DNA of 63,885 nucleotides, filler included, from Folioceros fuciformis (GCA_049999805.1; 9 parts of 9 records of this genome joined end to end with filler, not necessarily neighbours in it); one strand, 5' to 3'. Positions 37,236-51,243 are shown, numbered from the whole stretch's first letter. Notes: generated by a model not told the origin, from the letters alone. Made by a program: numbers and translations.

Positions 37236-38235
37236 TGTGCTTGCTAATAGTTCTTCAACATTTGATTATGTTCTATGCATAGATTTATACTTTATACTTT
37301 ATAGCATTGTAAGTTGTATACAAGTCATCTAGAATGTTTGAAAAGAATATGTTTTATATAGATATTTCATTCAAAATCTTGTCCTACTGTGATTGTGTAG
37401 AGTATCCATGTGTAATTGGACTTTCTATCGAGAGTTTATTTGCATAGATTATGAAAAATATGAGGCATTTCTATTGAAATGGTTTGTCAAGAATATAGTT
37501 ATTAAATATGTGAGTTTTCAAGGATTTCAAATGGAGGGAGTTTTTTTTTGTAATTCATTATTATTTTTTGTGCTTAAAATATCTAAGAATATCTTACATT
37601 GTGAGTATGCATAGTTTTTGGAGTTATATTTTACCAATACATGTTGGACAAAAATGGACCAAAAGATCCTTTCATTTTGAAAGACGAAAGAGGATTCCTT
37701 TTTGAAAGAGGAGAAGGAATTTTCTTTTCCAGAGAAAAAGAGCCTAGTCTCTTTCATGCTCAGCTCTTAATAGTTGTAATATATTAAAAAAATAAAAACT
37801 CTAAAAATAAAGAATATTTTGTTGGATACATGAGCAGGTAGAACAAACCGTTGTTTCTTACCAAAGCATTGTTTCTTGGCATACTCCAAGCGTGGTACGT
37901 TAGGTACGAAGACTTATAACTTGATCGTTGTTTTACAGAACGATGGATGAATTATCCTAAGCATAAATTGACCTTGATCACGCTTTCAGGTTCAAAATGA
38001 ACAAGCGATCATGCAGAACAATTGCCTGCCGAAAGCAGGGTGTTGCAGGAAGCGTTGCTACTGTAGATTTTGGTGATGGCTGCAACTGTCTTTTGCACAG
38101 AAAACGTCATGTGCAGCTGTGGCTGCCTTTCTTCGTTGACAACAGATGTGAAATGGTGCCCCGTTGCCTGAAGTATGTTTTTCAGAAAATGTGGGTACCA
38201 AAAAGTCTGTCTGCGATGACTGGGACATGGGACTA

Positions 38236-41009
38236 TCAAGTGGGAGGTACGTAGCTGAGGAAGAGTGTCATCCACAGAGTGATCGGGACTATCGACAATG
38301 CATACTGCGATACACGAAGCACGAGTTTGTGAGTTGCCCGAAGGACATACAGATCTGGGTGGTAATGAATTCTCATGAAACGTCTCACAGTCTTGGAGAG
38401 GAGTAGAGAGCTCACCTGACGAAGGAGGAGGTCAGCGAGCATCCCTGCCAAGGGTCTGGTGGAAGGCCGAAGCTGGAGGGTGATGGATAAACGGTACTTC
38501 TAATTAGCACAAATGGTCCACGACAGGTAACGTCCTACAAGGAACGAAGGAGTTCGCCATGACAATACCTGGGCAAGCAGGACAAGATTTTGGGCAGTCG
38601 GCATGGCTGCTTCCACCTGAAGTTCGAAAGAAAGCACCTCCTCAGTGTAGGAAAGGTATTTTTTTGAAAACACGTCCCAAAGAGAACGGGCAGAGTTAGA
38701 CACTCACCAAAGCTGTGAGCATTAGGATGGGGTCGGATGGAATGATGTTCGTCTGCACCAGACCCTGCATACAGATCTCGGTCAGACTGACAGATCCAGA
38801 TGAAGAGGAGGGCACATGGTGCGTTTAGGCAACTCACGTGGATGGTTGCAAGTGCTGCTGCAGGCACGAGGATGAGGCGAACCACAGCTATGATCCAGAA
38901 GGCTTTCCTGTCCAAGAGAGGTTCGGGAGTGCTCGGTTCCACCCCCTGTGCCTCTTGTCCTGGCGTGATTCGAGACGCCTTCACCGAGGACTTGACAGAG
39001 GCAGCAAGAGAGGATGCAAGAACTATGGTCTGCACTGCCAGCGTAGCAGAACCCAGTAACGTGGCTGCCTGCAACCGTGCAATACTTATCAGACTTCAGA
39101 GATGAGCAGTTCGGGAGCACAAAGAGAGGCTGATGCCGGAGACGAAGATTGGCCAGGTTAGAGACTGACATCAAATACAGGCCGCAGAATCCCTGCTGTC
39201 GCACCCCTGATGTAGGGCCAGCCCCACCCTGTGGTCGAGGAAACCACGTGTTGCATAGGGTGGATTAGGTGGGACAAAGGTGTGGCACCGAAGAGGATGC
39301 CAATCATTATCTGGTGGGAAACAGCAAGCCCAGAAAAGTGCACTCAGCACTTCCATGTCCGAGGTTATCATTCAACAAGAACTGCGAATTGGCTGGATGA
39401 TGCAACTGCTGCTCACCCCATACAAGGGTGGATTCATAATTCGAGAATATAATCTCAAGAATCTTGCCCAATGAGGAGGAGGAGGTTTAGCTGGATCTGC
39501 ACGAGGATTACCCTCCTCCCCTGCAATTATTCTGTAGCCGATTGTCCACAAGCAAGGCGACCAGGTCACCATATAGAGTGCCAAGTATCTGAGCAGGTGA
39601 TAACCGGGAACGAGGTGAGTCAGGAGTGGGAAAGCTGGGAGCCTCCTATTCGTGTAGCGGAAATATAAATGGAGGTACTCACCCTGCAGCTCGGATTGAG
39701 TTCTCCGGGCTCAGAACCCCAGACAGGAACACCTGACATGCCAAGAAGTGCACACTTGAGCTTCATTTCATTTTCACACAAACCGAACTCGTCCCGAAAA
39801 TAAAAAACGTCTGTCAAGCGAAAAATTCGGGGAAGCACCAGCGGAAGAGTCAGAGAATTGTTGAATGCACATCCTGCAGTTATCAGGGATTCCCTTTTGG
39901 CAGCATTAGCTGCAGCATTCAGGTAGACCTGAGCAGCAGGAACAGCATGTACTGTGGTGAGAACAGAATCCCCTTTCCCCCCTCCTACAGTCGCAACCAT
40001 TGATGCTGTAATGTGAGCTTCAACAGGCTGAGAGCGAGTTGCCCCGTACATGGTCCTGCAAGCTAGCTTTGCGAGAATTGCACCTGACAGCACCTGCGAA
40101 AGTAGTAGTGTCTCCTCAGCCTGAAATTCTCTCCTGAGGCAGAGAAAGACGTGAACCAGCAATCTGAGCGTAATGGTACAAGCCTCTCGGAAGGCTTACT
40201 TGCACGATTGCCATGATAGGCAGCGCAAGGAGACCCTTGGTTGGCTGTGATGCAAGCGTGAGGGAAACCTGTTCACATGTTTCCACACTCCACCTCCCCT
40301 CCAGGTCAGGTACTATCAAATGGTGCACCCTGCTCGAGTTTGGGGTAGACCGCTACAGCAGCAGACTCTCTATCCATACAGCAAGCAAATCTCTCTGATA
40401 CGTGATCTATAAACCTCCAAATTCCACATTCTATGACTTCGGAGGTTGTACACCCACACATGTCTTACATTACATACTACCCAACAAACAATCCTGTTTG
40501 ATTGCCATGTAGCAATGCCACGACCCTGGAGTCTGGAGCCCTCACCTTGGACATGAGGAAACAAGGAATGAGTAGGCGAAAAGCAACCTGCCATTGTCCA
40601 CAAAATCCCGAAATTCTTACACATATTCCAACACTCACTTCCACATCACTACAGTGCAAAGAGGCACACGAATGCATGCCTGACTCAAAACCGTAGGTGT
40701 TTCAGCCGGAAGGTGGCCCGATGCCTGCAGCCATACTACGAAAGCTGCCATGACAATCCCACCGTCAGAAGTGACCGAAAAACTAACCCAGTAACCCACA
40801 TTCACAAAGGAGCAGCTCCCCAATACTCACAGCAGATACTAATGAGATTCAAGGACGAGCCACAGGAAGCCCGCAAGATGGCCCAATCGACATGAGCCCA
40901 AACAGCCTGCGCCCAACCCGCAGCACCCGAGCCATTCGTGGCGACCACAGAGCTAACTGCTAACGGGACAGCACATAGGCACATAGCCCTGCTAAGCCCG
41001 CCCTTAACT
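38236..41009 (-). CDS. Auxin-efflux-carrier (Mem_trans)/PILS-like transporter, divergent clade; about 12 exons, probably 5'-partial
   Basis: Spliced LPAETPTVLSQ|VAFRLLIPCFLMSK, CAFNNSLTLPL|, RIMNPPLYG|IMIGILFG, VVRLILVP, DPILMLTAL|VEAAMPTAQNLVLLAQ|...LLLRQ|YALSIVPITLW. Confidence 0.82.
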
Positions 41010-41109
41010 NNNNNNNNNNNNNNNNNNNNNNNNNNNNNNNNNNNNNNNNNNNNTTAATTAATTAANNNNNNNNNNNNNNNNNNNNNNNNNNNNNNNNNNN
41101 NNNNNNNNN
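41010..41109. other. Artificial contig linker
   Basis: N44-TTAATTAATTAA-N44. Confidence 0.97.
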
Positions 41110-44100
41110 AGGGGCGAGGCCGGGCGGGGCGGGGGGGGGGCTAATGATGGAGGAGGGTTAAACACCCTCTGCTGCAATCGGCACTGCAGTGTGCGACATA
41201 AGAACCGAGGAGAACCGACAAGCCACAGGACGAGCAGCGAGCACCTTCGTCCGTAGCCTGGGAAACCTTCCTGTCAGCGGGCCCACATCCGTGCCCGGAT
41301 ATTTCAGGAACTGCACATACGCTCGGCGCGATAGAGGGAAAAGCCTGCAGAGGGAAGATTCGACATGCAGGAACTCGCTTCGAGATCCTTGCCTTTCGAA
41401 CAGACGGACAGAACATGCTCAGAATTTCATCAACACAATTGTAGTCTAATATTTGCCACAAAAGAGCCCTGACGTTTGGACATCCACCACTATCTGTTGC
41501 TGCTGCACCTTTATTGTCCGATGTAGTCTTGCTGGCCTCTTGTCATTCGTCCAAGCGCCGATTGGACGGTGTTTGCAGTACTTCAGCTGGTATACCAAAC
41601 ACCTGGCAAACATCATCCAACGACCAGACATAGACCTCCATTACTAGCTTCCTGATGTGCGGTCAAGCTCACACTCCAGTGCTTGACCGCACATCACATC
41701 CAAGCTCACACTGTCATGTTCCAAACACCGCATACTGTACGTAAGTGACGGTGTCAAAATGTGGTACTTGGATCGAATAGTCACCAGTGCACCTCCTCTA
41801 CTTGAAGCCCTACCAGAATCTTTTTGCCATTTGCAGTGATTGAAGCTACTATGCCAAAAGCACTGGACTATCCAGTGCAACACCAGTATATTAAAAGGCA
41901 GAAGCTCTTTTTGACGTGTGAAGAAACAGACGATCACGGCTAAAAACCTACAATGACACATGCTGCTGCTTTAGGGGCTTTTTGAGACTTCTCAGTTTCT
42001 GCCTGTAACTATGTCTCCTTACATACGCAGATGATGGGACTGTAGCTGACTTGACTTTGATATGCTGGCAATCAAACCAGCTAACCCCTACTGGATCATC
42101 TCCTAACATGCCATCCTCTTCACCTATGACTAGAGCTGCTTTCCTTGTCTCTTTTGTCCCCTACAAAGCACAACCAGCACAGCAGTACAGAACTTCACCA
42201 TGGTGCTGTCCAGAGAAGCTGAACATCCCGCAGTCCCTAGACTTTTTGTTTCTGCTCCTTCAACTCTTTCTTAATAAACTAGTCACTTACTACCTTTCCT
42301 CAGGAACCCTTTCCATCGACCGACAACGTCCTGGCACAGTGCTCGTAGATCAGATGACTGCCAAACAAGTACCGCAGATGGCTTCACAGAGGTGGAATCA
42401 GGAGGCAGCACGTGGAAGAGGACATACCAAGCTTTCTGCAAACAAGTCCGGCTGTAGCACTTTCCCCAAGCCCTGGAGTTCCACACAGAGGGAACAGCTG
42501 GTTTTGCCACAATAGCACTTGAACCACCACCTCTTCCTTTGCCTTTAGTCTGCAGAAGAACTTGGTTGCCCTGGATTCTGTTGCGGATCCCACCCTCACA
42601 GAAATTTACCTGCATGACCTGTTATAGGAGCAGTAAGACTGTTATACGCAAAGGATTGGTTCCCGGTAATTGCATCCAAGAGCAGAGGCTTGCACTTGTC
42701 TGTCCACGATTCGGACTCTGCAGCCTGAAGAAGCCTTGTTGGCCTACCAAAGAAATCTGCCCTTGTCTTAATCCGTCAACCACTGTAGCCTTACATGCCT
42801 CTGAGCACTACGCAGAAGCCTCAGAAGAACAGCACTTGATCGAAGCGCAACCGAGTTGGGAGATAGACTGAACACAAACGAGCTCTGGAAGGACGTAACT
42901 GTAAAAAGATCCATCAGATCCCCAAAATTGCACTGAAATGCTGTACACGAGCCTTGCTGTGCCCCACTGCTGTGCTACAGGCAACACCACACGTGTTGCT
43001 CCACTGCGAATGACCCATAGAGCTCGAAGGCGCTTAGATTGGCTTGGAAACGAAAGAACATCACTTTTTGGTTGTGGACTGGGATGGGCATCAGACCCAC
43101 AATGAGCATGAGGACGAAACACAACACACCATTTTAGCGCATCCTCAGCTCTACGTAACTTCTGTCACGGTTGCTTATGCCTCCTGAAGCCCTGCTTCTC
43201 CTATAGGACGTCTTGCGAGTATCTCCAGGGACACTCTACAGCAGTTGGCCTGGTCAGGTGAGATCAACTTCATATTTGGCTGAATTCAACTAAAAACCGA
43301 GAGGCGGGGCCCGCAACTGCCATGACATGGTGAGCCATCTATACCTTCAACCTTCTCGTACGGCATGCTGCGCTTTGAAGTTGCAGGACCTGGGGATGCC
43401 ATGGTGGGTCCCCACTACTGTTCCTTGCAAAGGCCCGAACAAGACAAGATGTCCTCGTTAGACCCAAATCAACACAAACTTCCAAGGTTAAGAGGGATGA
43501 TCGTCATGAAGACATCCAGAAACAGAAACACGCTCCAAGACCTACTTGCAGAGAGTTCTCTCAAGTCTGGACTGGCTTGAAAAAGAAGATGCTTGAGGAG
43601 TTTGCACGTGGAAATTGCAGCAGGAAAAGGAATTCTGACGCTACAAGTACGTAGGATGGAAACGTTAAAGATATGCATCAAGAGGGCAATGATACGGTGT
43701 AGGACATGGGACATTCTTCTTAGTGATAGCATGACGGTGGAGCAACCGATCCAGACGCCGAAGACGCGAAGTGAGCAAACTCTATCTGACCAGGCAGAAG
43801 CTCATCACGACAGCCCAACCTGCTGGTAATTCAGACACAGATGATCTCGACCTCAAACACACCCTCCTGCCAGCCTGTCCCGTACAAATGCACAGGTCCC
43901 AAAGTGACCGTAGAACGTGGAGCCTGATAGACGTTATCCAAGGCTGCGGCTGGCTCCGCTACTGCTACCATCTTCTTGTATGTCCTTTGGTGTTCCATAA
44001 ATTGCGTCCAAGGCCCTGCAAGTGCCTACTGCACACTTCCTGCATCTCCGTGGTCCACCCCTGCAATCCTTCGGGCCAGTTTGGTCCCGGGCTTCCCAGC

Positions 44101-44877
44101 AACAATTTCTAGCAGTCTGTCCAGTGCCCACTTCTTGGACGGTCCATGTTCCTCCCCCCACCAATCGCACAGTTGGACTCAATCGACACACTTCGCCCTG
44201 TTCAGATCTGTGCAAGACATGCATTGACTGACGTCATTCTTGGAGAACATGAAGGATGCAAGCTTCGGAAACGAGAGCAATTCGTGCCTCGTCGAAGGCC
44301 ATGAGTTACGACAGATGAAAGCATAGAGCGAGTATAGTATAGTTTCATCTCCATAGCAAATGAGAGAAAGTACATGAGAATTCATGAAAAACAAAAGTTG
44401 AAAATTTCTATCATCACTCTACATTATCATAACATTATTAAATAAAATAATAGGATTTAAATTTGAGTAGTTTATACCACGTATCTAAGTACCAGTTTTT
44501 GTGTATTATTATATACAGAAATAAATATTTAATAAATAGCGCATTGAGGCGTATATTCATTATTCTTGTGCAATGGAGATAAGCATATGAAACACGATAT
44601 AAGACACGACTAGGTGGTAACGAGCATAGCATATAACGGAGCAAATGAACAGTCACCAGCAGGTTCCCGGTCCAGATAAGGAGGCGAATATCGCAGGTGA
44701 CCGGCTATGTTTGCCGCACATTGCCCCGCGTTCTCCACCACAGGAGTGTCCCCGTGGCATAAGTAGTCCTCACCGCTCGCTTCGGCCAGAGTGTCAGGCT
44801 CCCCGCTTCTCTGCCTCGTCTGCTCCTTGGCGCGGTAGCGGCAGCGGCAGAAGCTTCCGCCCTCGAGAGCTCGCGAC

Positions 44878-46550
44878 ATGGCCGCCATGGCAGCCACCTC
44901 GGGCCTGGCCCTGAAGCAGTCTGTGGCGCTGGCCAAATCCGACTTCTCCGGCAAGCCTCTGCGGCAGAGTGCGTCTCCCGCCACTGTGCGGTACGCTGCG
45001 CCACTGGCGGTGCGCGCTGGCGGATATGAGGAAGAGCTGCGCAAGACCGCGGTGAGCCCGATGTCGTTGTTGCATGTGGATTTGGTGCCCTGATCCGGCC
45101 GCCTGCATGCGGGTGCTCACTTGCTGTGGCTCTGCCTTGCGCAGAAATCGATCGCTACCAAGGGCCGGGGAATTCTGGCCATGGATGAGTCCAACGCCAC
45201 CTGCGGAGCTCGGTTGGCCTCCATTGGCCTCGAGAACACCGAGAGTAACCGCCAGGCGTACAGGCAGCTGTTGGTGTCTACCCCGGGCTTGGGAGAGTTC
45301 GTGTCCGGAGCTATCCTCTTCGAGGAGACCTTGTACCAGTCCACCACGGACGGCAAGAAGATGGTCGATGCGCTCACGGAGCAGAGCATCCTGCCCGGCA
45401 TCAAGGTCGACAAGGTATGAGGGACTGTGTGAATTACTGTTGACTGTTTGCGTCGGGGTGGGGTTGTGACACTGTTTGCGCTCGGGTGTTCGGTCCAGGG
45501 TTTGGTGCCCCTGGCCGGATCCAACAACGAGTCCTGGTGCCAAGGTCTCGACGGGCTTGCTTCTCGATCTGCTGCTTACTACAAGCAGGGTGCTCGGTTT
45601 GCGAAGTGGTGAGTTTTCTGTCCCTCTTCCCCCCCCCCGTGTCGAGTTCGAGGTTACTGTCTCTTTGTGGTTTGCATGTCCTCTTCTGCTACATTCGGAT
45701 GTGCCTTTATGGCGTGACACGGTTCTGCTTTACTTTTTTCAGGAGGACTGTTGTCAGCATTCCCAACGGCCCTTCTGAGCTGGCGGTCACCGAGGCTGCC
45801 TGGGGCCTCGCCCGGTATGCCGCCATCTCACAGGTCTGCCCTTTTCACCTTTCACGGCCGTGTTCCGAAATTGGCTTCAAGTTCCTCGCGGTTTTCATGA
45901 CTTTCTGGTCGGTTGGCACAGGACAACGGTTTGGTACCCATTGTGGAGCCTGAGATTCTGCTTGACGGTGAGCACGGTATTGACCGGACACTGGAGGTTG
46001 CCGAGAAAGTCTGGGCGAAGGTTTTCTTCTTCCTTGCAGAGAACAATGTCTTATTCGAAGGTATCCTGTTGAAGCCCAGCATGGTGACTCCTGGAGCTCA
46101 GAGCAAAGTGAAAGCAACACCTGAGGAGGTTGCCAAGTACACTCTGACTCTCCTGAAGAGGAGAGTGCCACCAGCTGTCCCTGGTATCATGGTACGTTGC
46201 ATTCACGAAGTTGTCCTTCCAATTGTCTCCGCCTCCTGAGTTTGTCGGTTAACAAAGGTGTTGCATTGCAGTTTTTGTCTGGAGGCCAGTCAGAAGTGGA
46301 GGCCACGCTGAACTTGAACGCCATGAACCAGACCCCCAACCCATGGCATGTGTCCTTCTCCTATGCCCGGGCCCTTCAGAACTCCGTGTTGAAGACCTGG
46401 AAGGGGCAACCTGAAAACGTGGAAGCCGCTCAGAAGGCTTTGCTTTTGAGGGCTAAGTCTAACTCTCTGGCCCAGCTCGGACAGTACTCTGCTGAAGGAG
46501 AGGCGGAGGAAGCGAAGAAGGGCTTGTTCGTGGAGGGTTACACATACTGA
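44878..46550 (+). CDS. FBA: Chloroplast class I fructose-bisphosphate aldolase (6 exons)
   Basis: Transit peptide, [94 protein letters not shown]-terminal EGYTY*. Confidence 0.97.
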
Positions 46551-48130
46551 GTTGTGCGGAACCTCTAAGAGACGTGACTTAACTTTATTCAATATATCCG
46601 GTGGAGTTTTTTTTGGGTTTATGTAAGAGGTTATAGTACAATTAATAGCAAATGACTCTTCGAGTCAACCACATTGGTTGATAAACTGTTTGTTATGTGT
46701 CCCTCCTATTTCTGACCTTCCGAAATGCAGGTGGTCACCATCAGGGGGCTTTTCACAACGTTGCCGGAAATCCTCTTTGAAGACAGGATAATAAATCATG
46801 ACACGAAAAATCATACGCAATTAAGGAAAGAAGGCTCTCTCATGCATAGCGAAGGACGTGTACTACTACAGATTTTCGTAAATGGTCTGGATGAAGATAC
46901 ACCACATGACAGAGTAGCTGCTGGTTGGGTACCTCTCTGGACAAGCATTTGGTTGCAAGCAAGGTGAATGAATGCACAAACCTTCAGGATTTGCAGCAGG
47001 CTGTAGTACGTGAGGCTCGCCTTCAGCATTTCTAACCATCCCACCACACCTACCCTATCCTTCACCATCTTCTTGTTGAGGATTGTTTGCACCTCTTTGT
47101 TGCTTTGCTTGCTGCATGATTGTACCATAAAATCACTTCCTGTTCATCAGTGGTGGAGCGAGGTTTCCCTTCCAGCATGGTAAACTTAGCACTCCGTGGT
47201 TGCGGAATTCACTGCCTTGACTACTCCAAATCTGCAAAACTCTCTGGTCTCATCCTATTACCCCTTTAGGCACCCTCCTCTATTCTCCTCTCATGAACAA
47301 GCTCTAGAGGAGGTTGATTGTTTGCCATGTCCGTCAGCTGCACTCCACCTCCATCCACACCCACACCTTGTCTTCAAGCTGCATACTCCAACACTGGGCT
47401 TAAGGGGGTTTAGGGTTTACTTAGGGATACTGGGCAGCCTAATACCCCAAGTCTGTACATGCCAAAAAATAAAAAATAAAAAATCTTTGCAACAAGCACA
47501 TTGTTCAACAAAACGGTAGTCATGGTATGTATTTGGTGGAGGTTGTGACGGTCAGGAACAGTGGAAAAGAGGTAGGGGAATGCTGGCCATAGCAAATCCA
47601 AGTCCACGCCTTGTCAAGGCTTGAGTAGAAAGCCATTGTTGTGTTTCTCAGTACCCATTTTTTTTATGGCCAGTTCAACTATTTGAAGAACCTTAGACAA
47701 ACTGGAGAAGCAACTTTGAAACCCAAACAATTCCTACTGATACAGTTTCACAGTAGATAGGAAGGCTGATTTTGACACGCCGCAACTCTTAAGTCTGTTG
47801 TGGAGGGAAATTAGCGTGACCTAGAAGAATAATAGCGAAGAAGAGACGATTAGAACCTTAGCTGATAGAAGACATCTGGAAAACACCTTCAGGAAATGGC
47901 TCTAAGCCTAAGACACATCCCAGAGGCCGCCTTAAGCTAGAGCCATCTGAAGAAAATCTCCAAAGAATTACGAGTTGAAAGACAAAAAAAATACTTGCAC
48001 ATGACAGTCCTTAAAACCATAAGCAAGGACTGGAGAACCAAGAGCAGCAGGTCTTTCGACCCTGTGAGAGGGGACTAGACCTAATCCCTGGTCACTGCAA
48101 TGAAGGGAAGATGGGTTGTATGTACGGCTT

Positions 48131-50017
48131 TTATTTGGAAATAAGGACACCAATTTGAACACCTTCCTTCTCTGCACGTTCCGCAAATGAGGTTGCAGTG
48201 ACAGCACACTCGAAGATGCCAGCACACTCGGCAGCTGTTGATACCGTTGTATCTTCTCCAGCACTCTCCTCTCTGTTGCTGTTGCTGTGACTGTGAGGAG
48301 ACCTGAGATTGCCTCTCGTTTGGCAGGCCTTCATGGTCTTGCAATGCTGGGCTTCATCTTCCCGGATGTTGTAAAATACATCATACAGATTATCTGCAGC
48401 ATCAGGCACACAACTCAGACATGGAGGTGGACGGAAGCCAGAGCTGCATGAAGAACTCATGTGGCCAGGAAGCGTCTTACCCACTCGTGGCCGCCGTGAC
48501 TCGGGGACACGATCCGTTTGGAATTCATCTGTGGAGAGGCAGGGTCTCGCATCAGTGTCGGACAGAAGCTTGAGACGACAAGTGAGTGATGCAAGGCACA
48601 GAGCTGTCGTAGTGGCAAACTCACCAAACATGTACAGGTCACCTTGCGTGTAGTACTGCACAGCCACCTCAGGAGCAGGAAGTTTCTTCAGCTCTTCTGC
48701 AAGTGGCATGAACTCCTTTCAGCAATGAATAGTCACCTCCGGGGCATGAAGTGCAGGAAGTTGCTTTGACTCTTCTCCCACAACACTGAAGCAACAAGGA
48801 CCTCACTCACATCATGAATCCAGATAAAAACAATCACCTCCGTGAGTGTTGATGAATTCATCGTACGTGTGATAAGCATGCTTCTCAACACATTCTGAAA
48901 AATGATCTAAGACGAGAAAGGCCCGTGTCAGGACGAGCAGGCCTGCATTTCACGACACCGAAAGTTGCTGGCAGCCTAAGAGATAAAGGGGAAGTCTTAC
49001 ATGCCATTCTAGGACTCAAGAGGTACATCAAAACAGTCATGAAGTAATATCCCACGGCAACGTGCTGTGCCAAGAACCGGTCCACCCATCTCTTGTCTCC
49101 ACCCAATGCCTGCACGGTCAGACCTCGCCGTCTAAAGCAAGACCCTAGAATAGAGCACGCTTGAAATATGACAGCACGAGTTGGGCACGAAGTCGAGGCA
49201 TTAACCTCCATGACAAGAAGATGGTGCAGCTCATTCCAGCTCTCAGCGAAGTGGACCTTGAGATAATCCGACCGTCTCCACCAGCCAAAAGTCTCATACA
49301 TGTGTAACACAGACACAAAGGCTGAACAGGGAGGACAGTAATCAGTCCACACATTCTGAAGTGTCAGTGACGAAACCTCAAGCCACTGACTCAACCAGTC
49401 TGACACGACATACCGAAGTAGGGCACTCGTGCAATTGTCTCCAAAACATAAAATCTTGCAAAAGCTCTGTCTTGATAGAAGGCATCCAGAATTTTGATAA
49501 CTGCCTCCTGTGCAGTGGCAATATCGCCTTGTAAGAACAACCATCCCACATTCACCGAACTGCAACCCTGAATGAGCCCAAGATAACCACTTCCTCTAGA
49601 CGTACAGTGGCAAAGACGTTGAAAGCTTGCTCCCCCTTGACAATCCATTTCTCCAGTCCCTGTCTGGTGGCTCCAGGTCCATCTTCCGGTTCCGTGCTCT
49701 TGTCTTCTACATCACTAGCCACAGCTAACGGAACAAAAGTGTGCCCCCGCCACCTGCAAGGCAGCCAGACTCTGCTCACGTCTACAACACTGTACCTGTC
49801 AAGCCATCCCATCCATTTCCACTCCCTTACACTCAATTCCGACCCACCTGCCTGATTTGCCAATTCGAGCACGGCGGGTGGAAATCAATGAACTATCCCA
49901 CTGTCTGCACCTCAAGATGGGCAGGAAATCCGAGCTCGAGCAGCGGGGAGTACGGCTGCTGCTGAGGTGGGCAGACGTCTTGCCGAATCCCACCGCCTTG
50001 GACAAAGCAACTGCCAT
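48131..50017 (-). CDS. PTOX: Plastid terminal oxidase (IMMUTANS/AOX4), 9 exons
   Basis: RFYVLETIARVPYF|AF.SVLHMYETFGWWRR, ESWNELHHLLVME, SPRMAY HFSECVEKHA, GDLYMF|DEFQT, NIREDEAQHCKTM (di-iron E/H ligands present). Confidence 0.96.
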
Positions 50018-50745
50018 CTTTCCTACGAGCTTTCTTGCACCCTCTGAGTCCAAGAGCAGAGAATGCACCGCCGCCTGTCCTCAAAACGCCATCAAATCCC
50101 ACACCTGCCAAAACTCACAGTCTGACCACTTCATCCCGCACCCGGGAATCAAAACGACAAAATCCCCGCGACAAAAATGCGATTTGCGCTACAGCAGGAA
50201 TCCTCACCGCAAGCTAACAAAAGGTGGAAAATTCGGGCTGCATCAGATCGCGTTTGTGTAGAAGCTATTTATGAGAAGCGGAACAGGATTTCCGTGTGAA
50301 CCGGATATTTGGCTGGAGCACACCTGAATTTAACCCGCGGCAGGGTAAGTTGCTGACCTCGGGTTAGTTAACTATTGGCAGGGATAAGAAAGAAAGAGAT
50401 AAGGACACAAAAAAGAGAAACTCGAGAGCCGGCTAGCGATGTTGAGCACTGGCTGCAGAGATGGAGGGAGCAGCTGAGTGCAGAAGCTTGTGATTTCTGA
50501 GCCTTTGTCTTCCCCGAGGTGGGTAGCGATACGGACCTGTAGTTTGATGATGATGTCCGCATGGGCATGGCACTTCTTGGATGATGTGGTTTGTGGTTCT
50601 GGCATGTTGTTGGCATTCTTGCTTCGCATTCAGGTTTGCGCATTCTTGGTGGTCGGAGGAATCCGGCGGGACGGCCTGCTCATCTGATGCGCCTCCTTTC
50701 CCGCAGGATTTGCATCCGGTGAGGTGAATTCCAGGCGAGCGCGGA

Positions 50746-50821
50746 ATGGAGATGGCTTGCTCGGCCCCGCTCGCCGCTTCCTACTCCGCAGCCTACCCCT
50801 GCGCGTCCGGCGTTGCTGCCA
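50746..50821 (+). CDS. Possible start of a gene (transit-peptide-like) divergent from PTOX, cut by linker
   Basis: MEMACSAPLAASYSAAYPCASGVAA, open to contig end, after an acceptor-like tttcccgcag. Confidence 0.3.
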
Positions 50822-50921
50822 NNNNNNNNNNNNNNNNNNNNNNNNNNNNNNNNNNNNNNNNNNNNTTAATTAATTAANNNNNNNNNNNNNNNNNNNNNNN
50901 NNNNNNNNNNNNNNNNNNNNN
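50822..50921. other. Artificial contig linker
   Basis: N44-TTAATTAATTAA-N44. Confidence 0.97.
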
Positions 50922-51243
50922 AAACTGCAGCAACAAAGTGCACGTCAAAGAAGTCAGTCCCACTGCAATTTCCAGGAGCTGCAACTTTTTGGTGCGGAGT
51001 GATACCAACTGCAGTAACAAGCTGGTGTCCAGAAAGTCAGAAAGTCCTCCAGCCCGAGGAGCCACGATCCACACTTTCCAGGCGCTGCGACTTTCTGTGT
51101 GGCAACCAGGCGGTCCACGACACCGGGTAGGTGCACAAGTATCCACCTGCGGTTCCTGCAGTTCCGCTGATGGAGCGCCGGGAGCGCCGGCTGCATGGAA
51201 AAGATCGGGACAAAGGGAACGGAATGGTAGCTGCAAGGGACAC

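Noticed and set aside
47408-47419. TTTAGGG-like motifs (also ~51368 and ~62552)
   Set aside because: Only 1-2 units; telo-box or chance, not a telomeric array or telomerase RNA template.
44878-50017. FBA plus PTOX as a functional plastid gene cluster
   Set aside because: Plastid-targeted genes are common, and adjacency in a dense genome is expected by chance.
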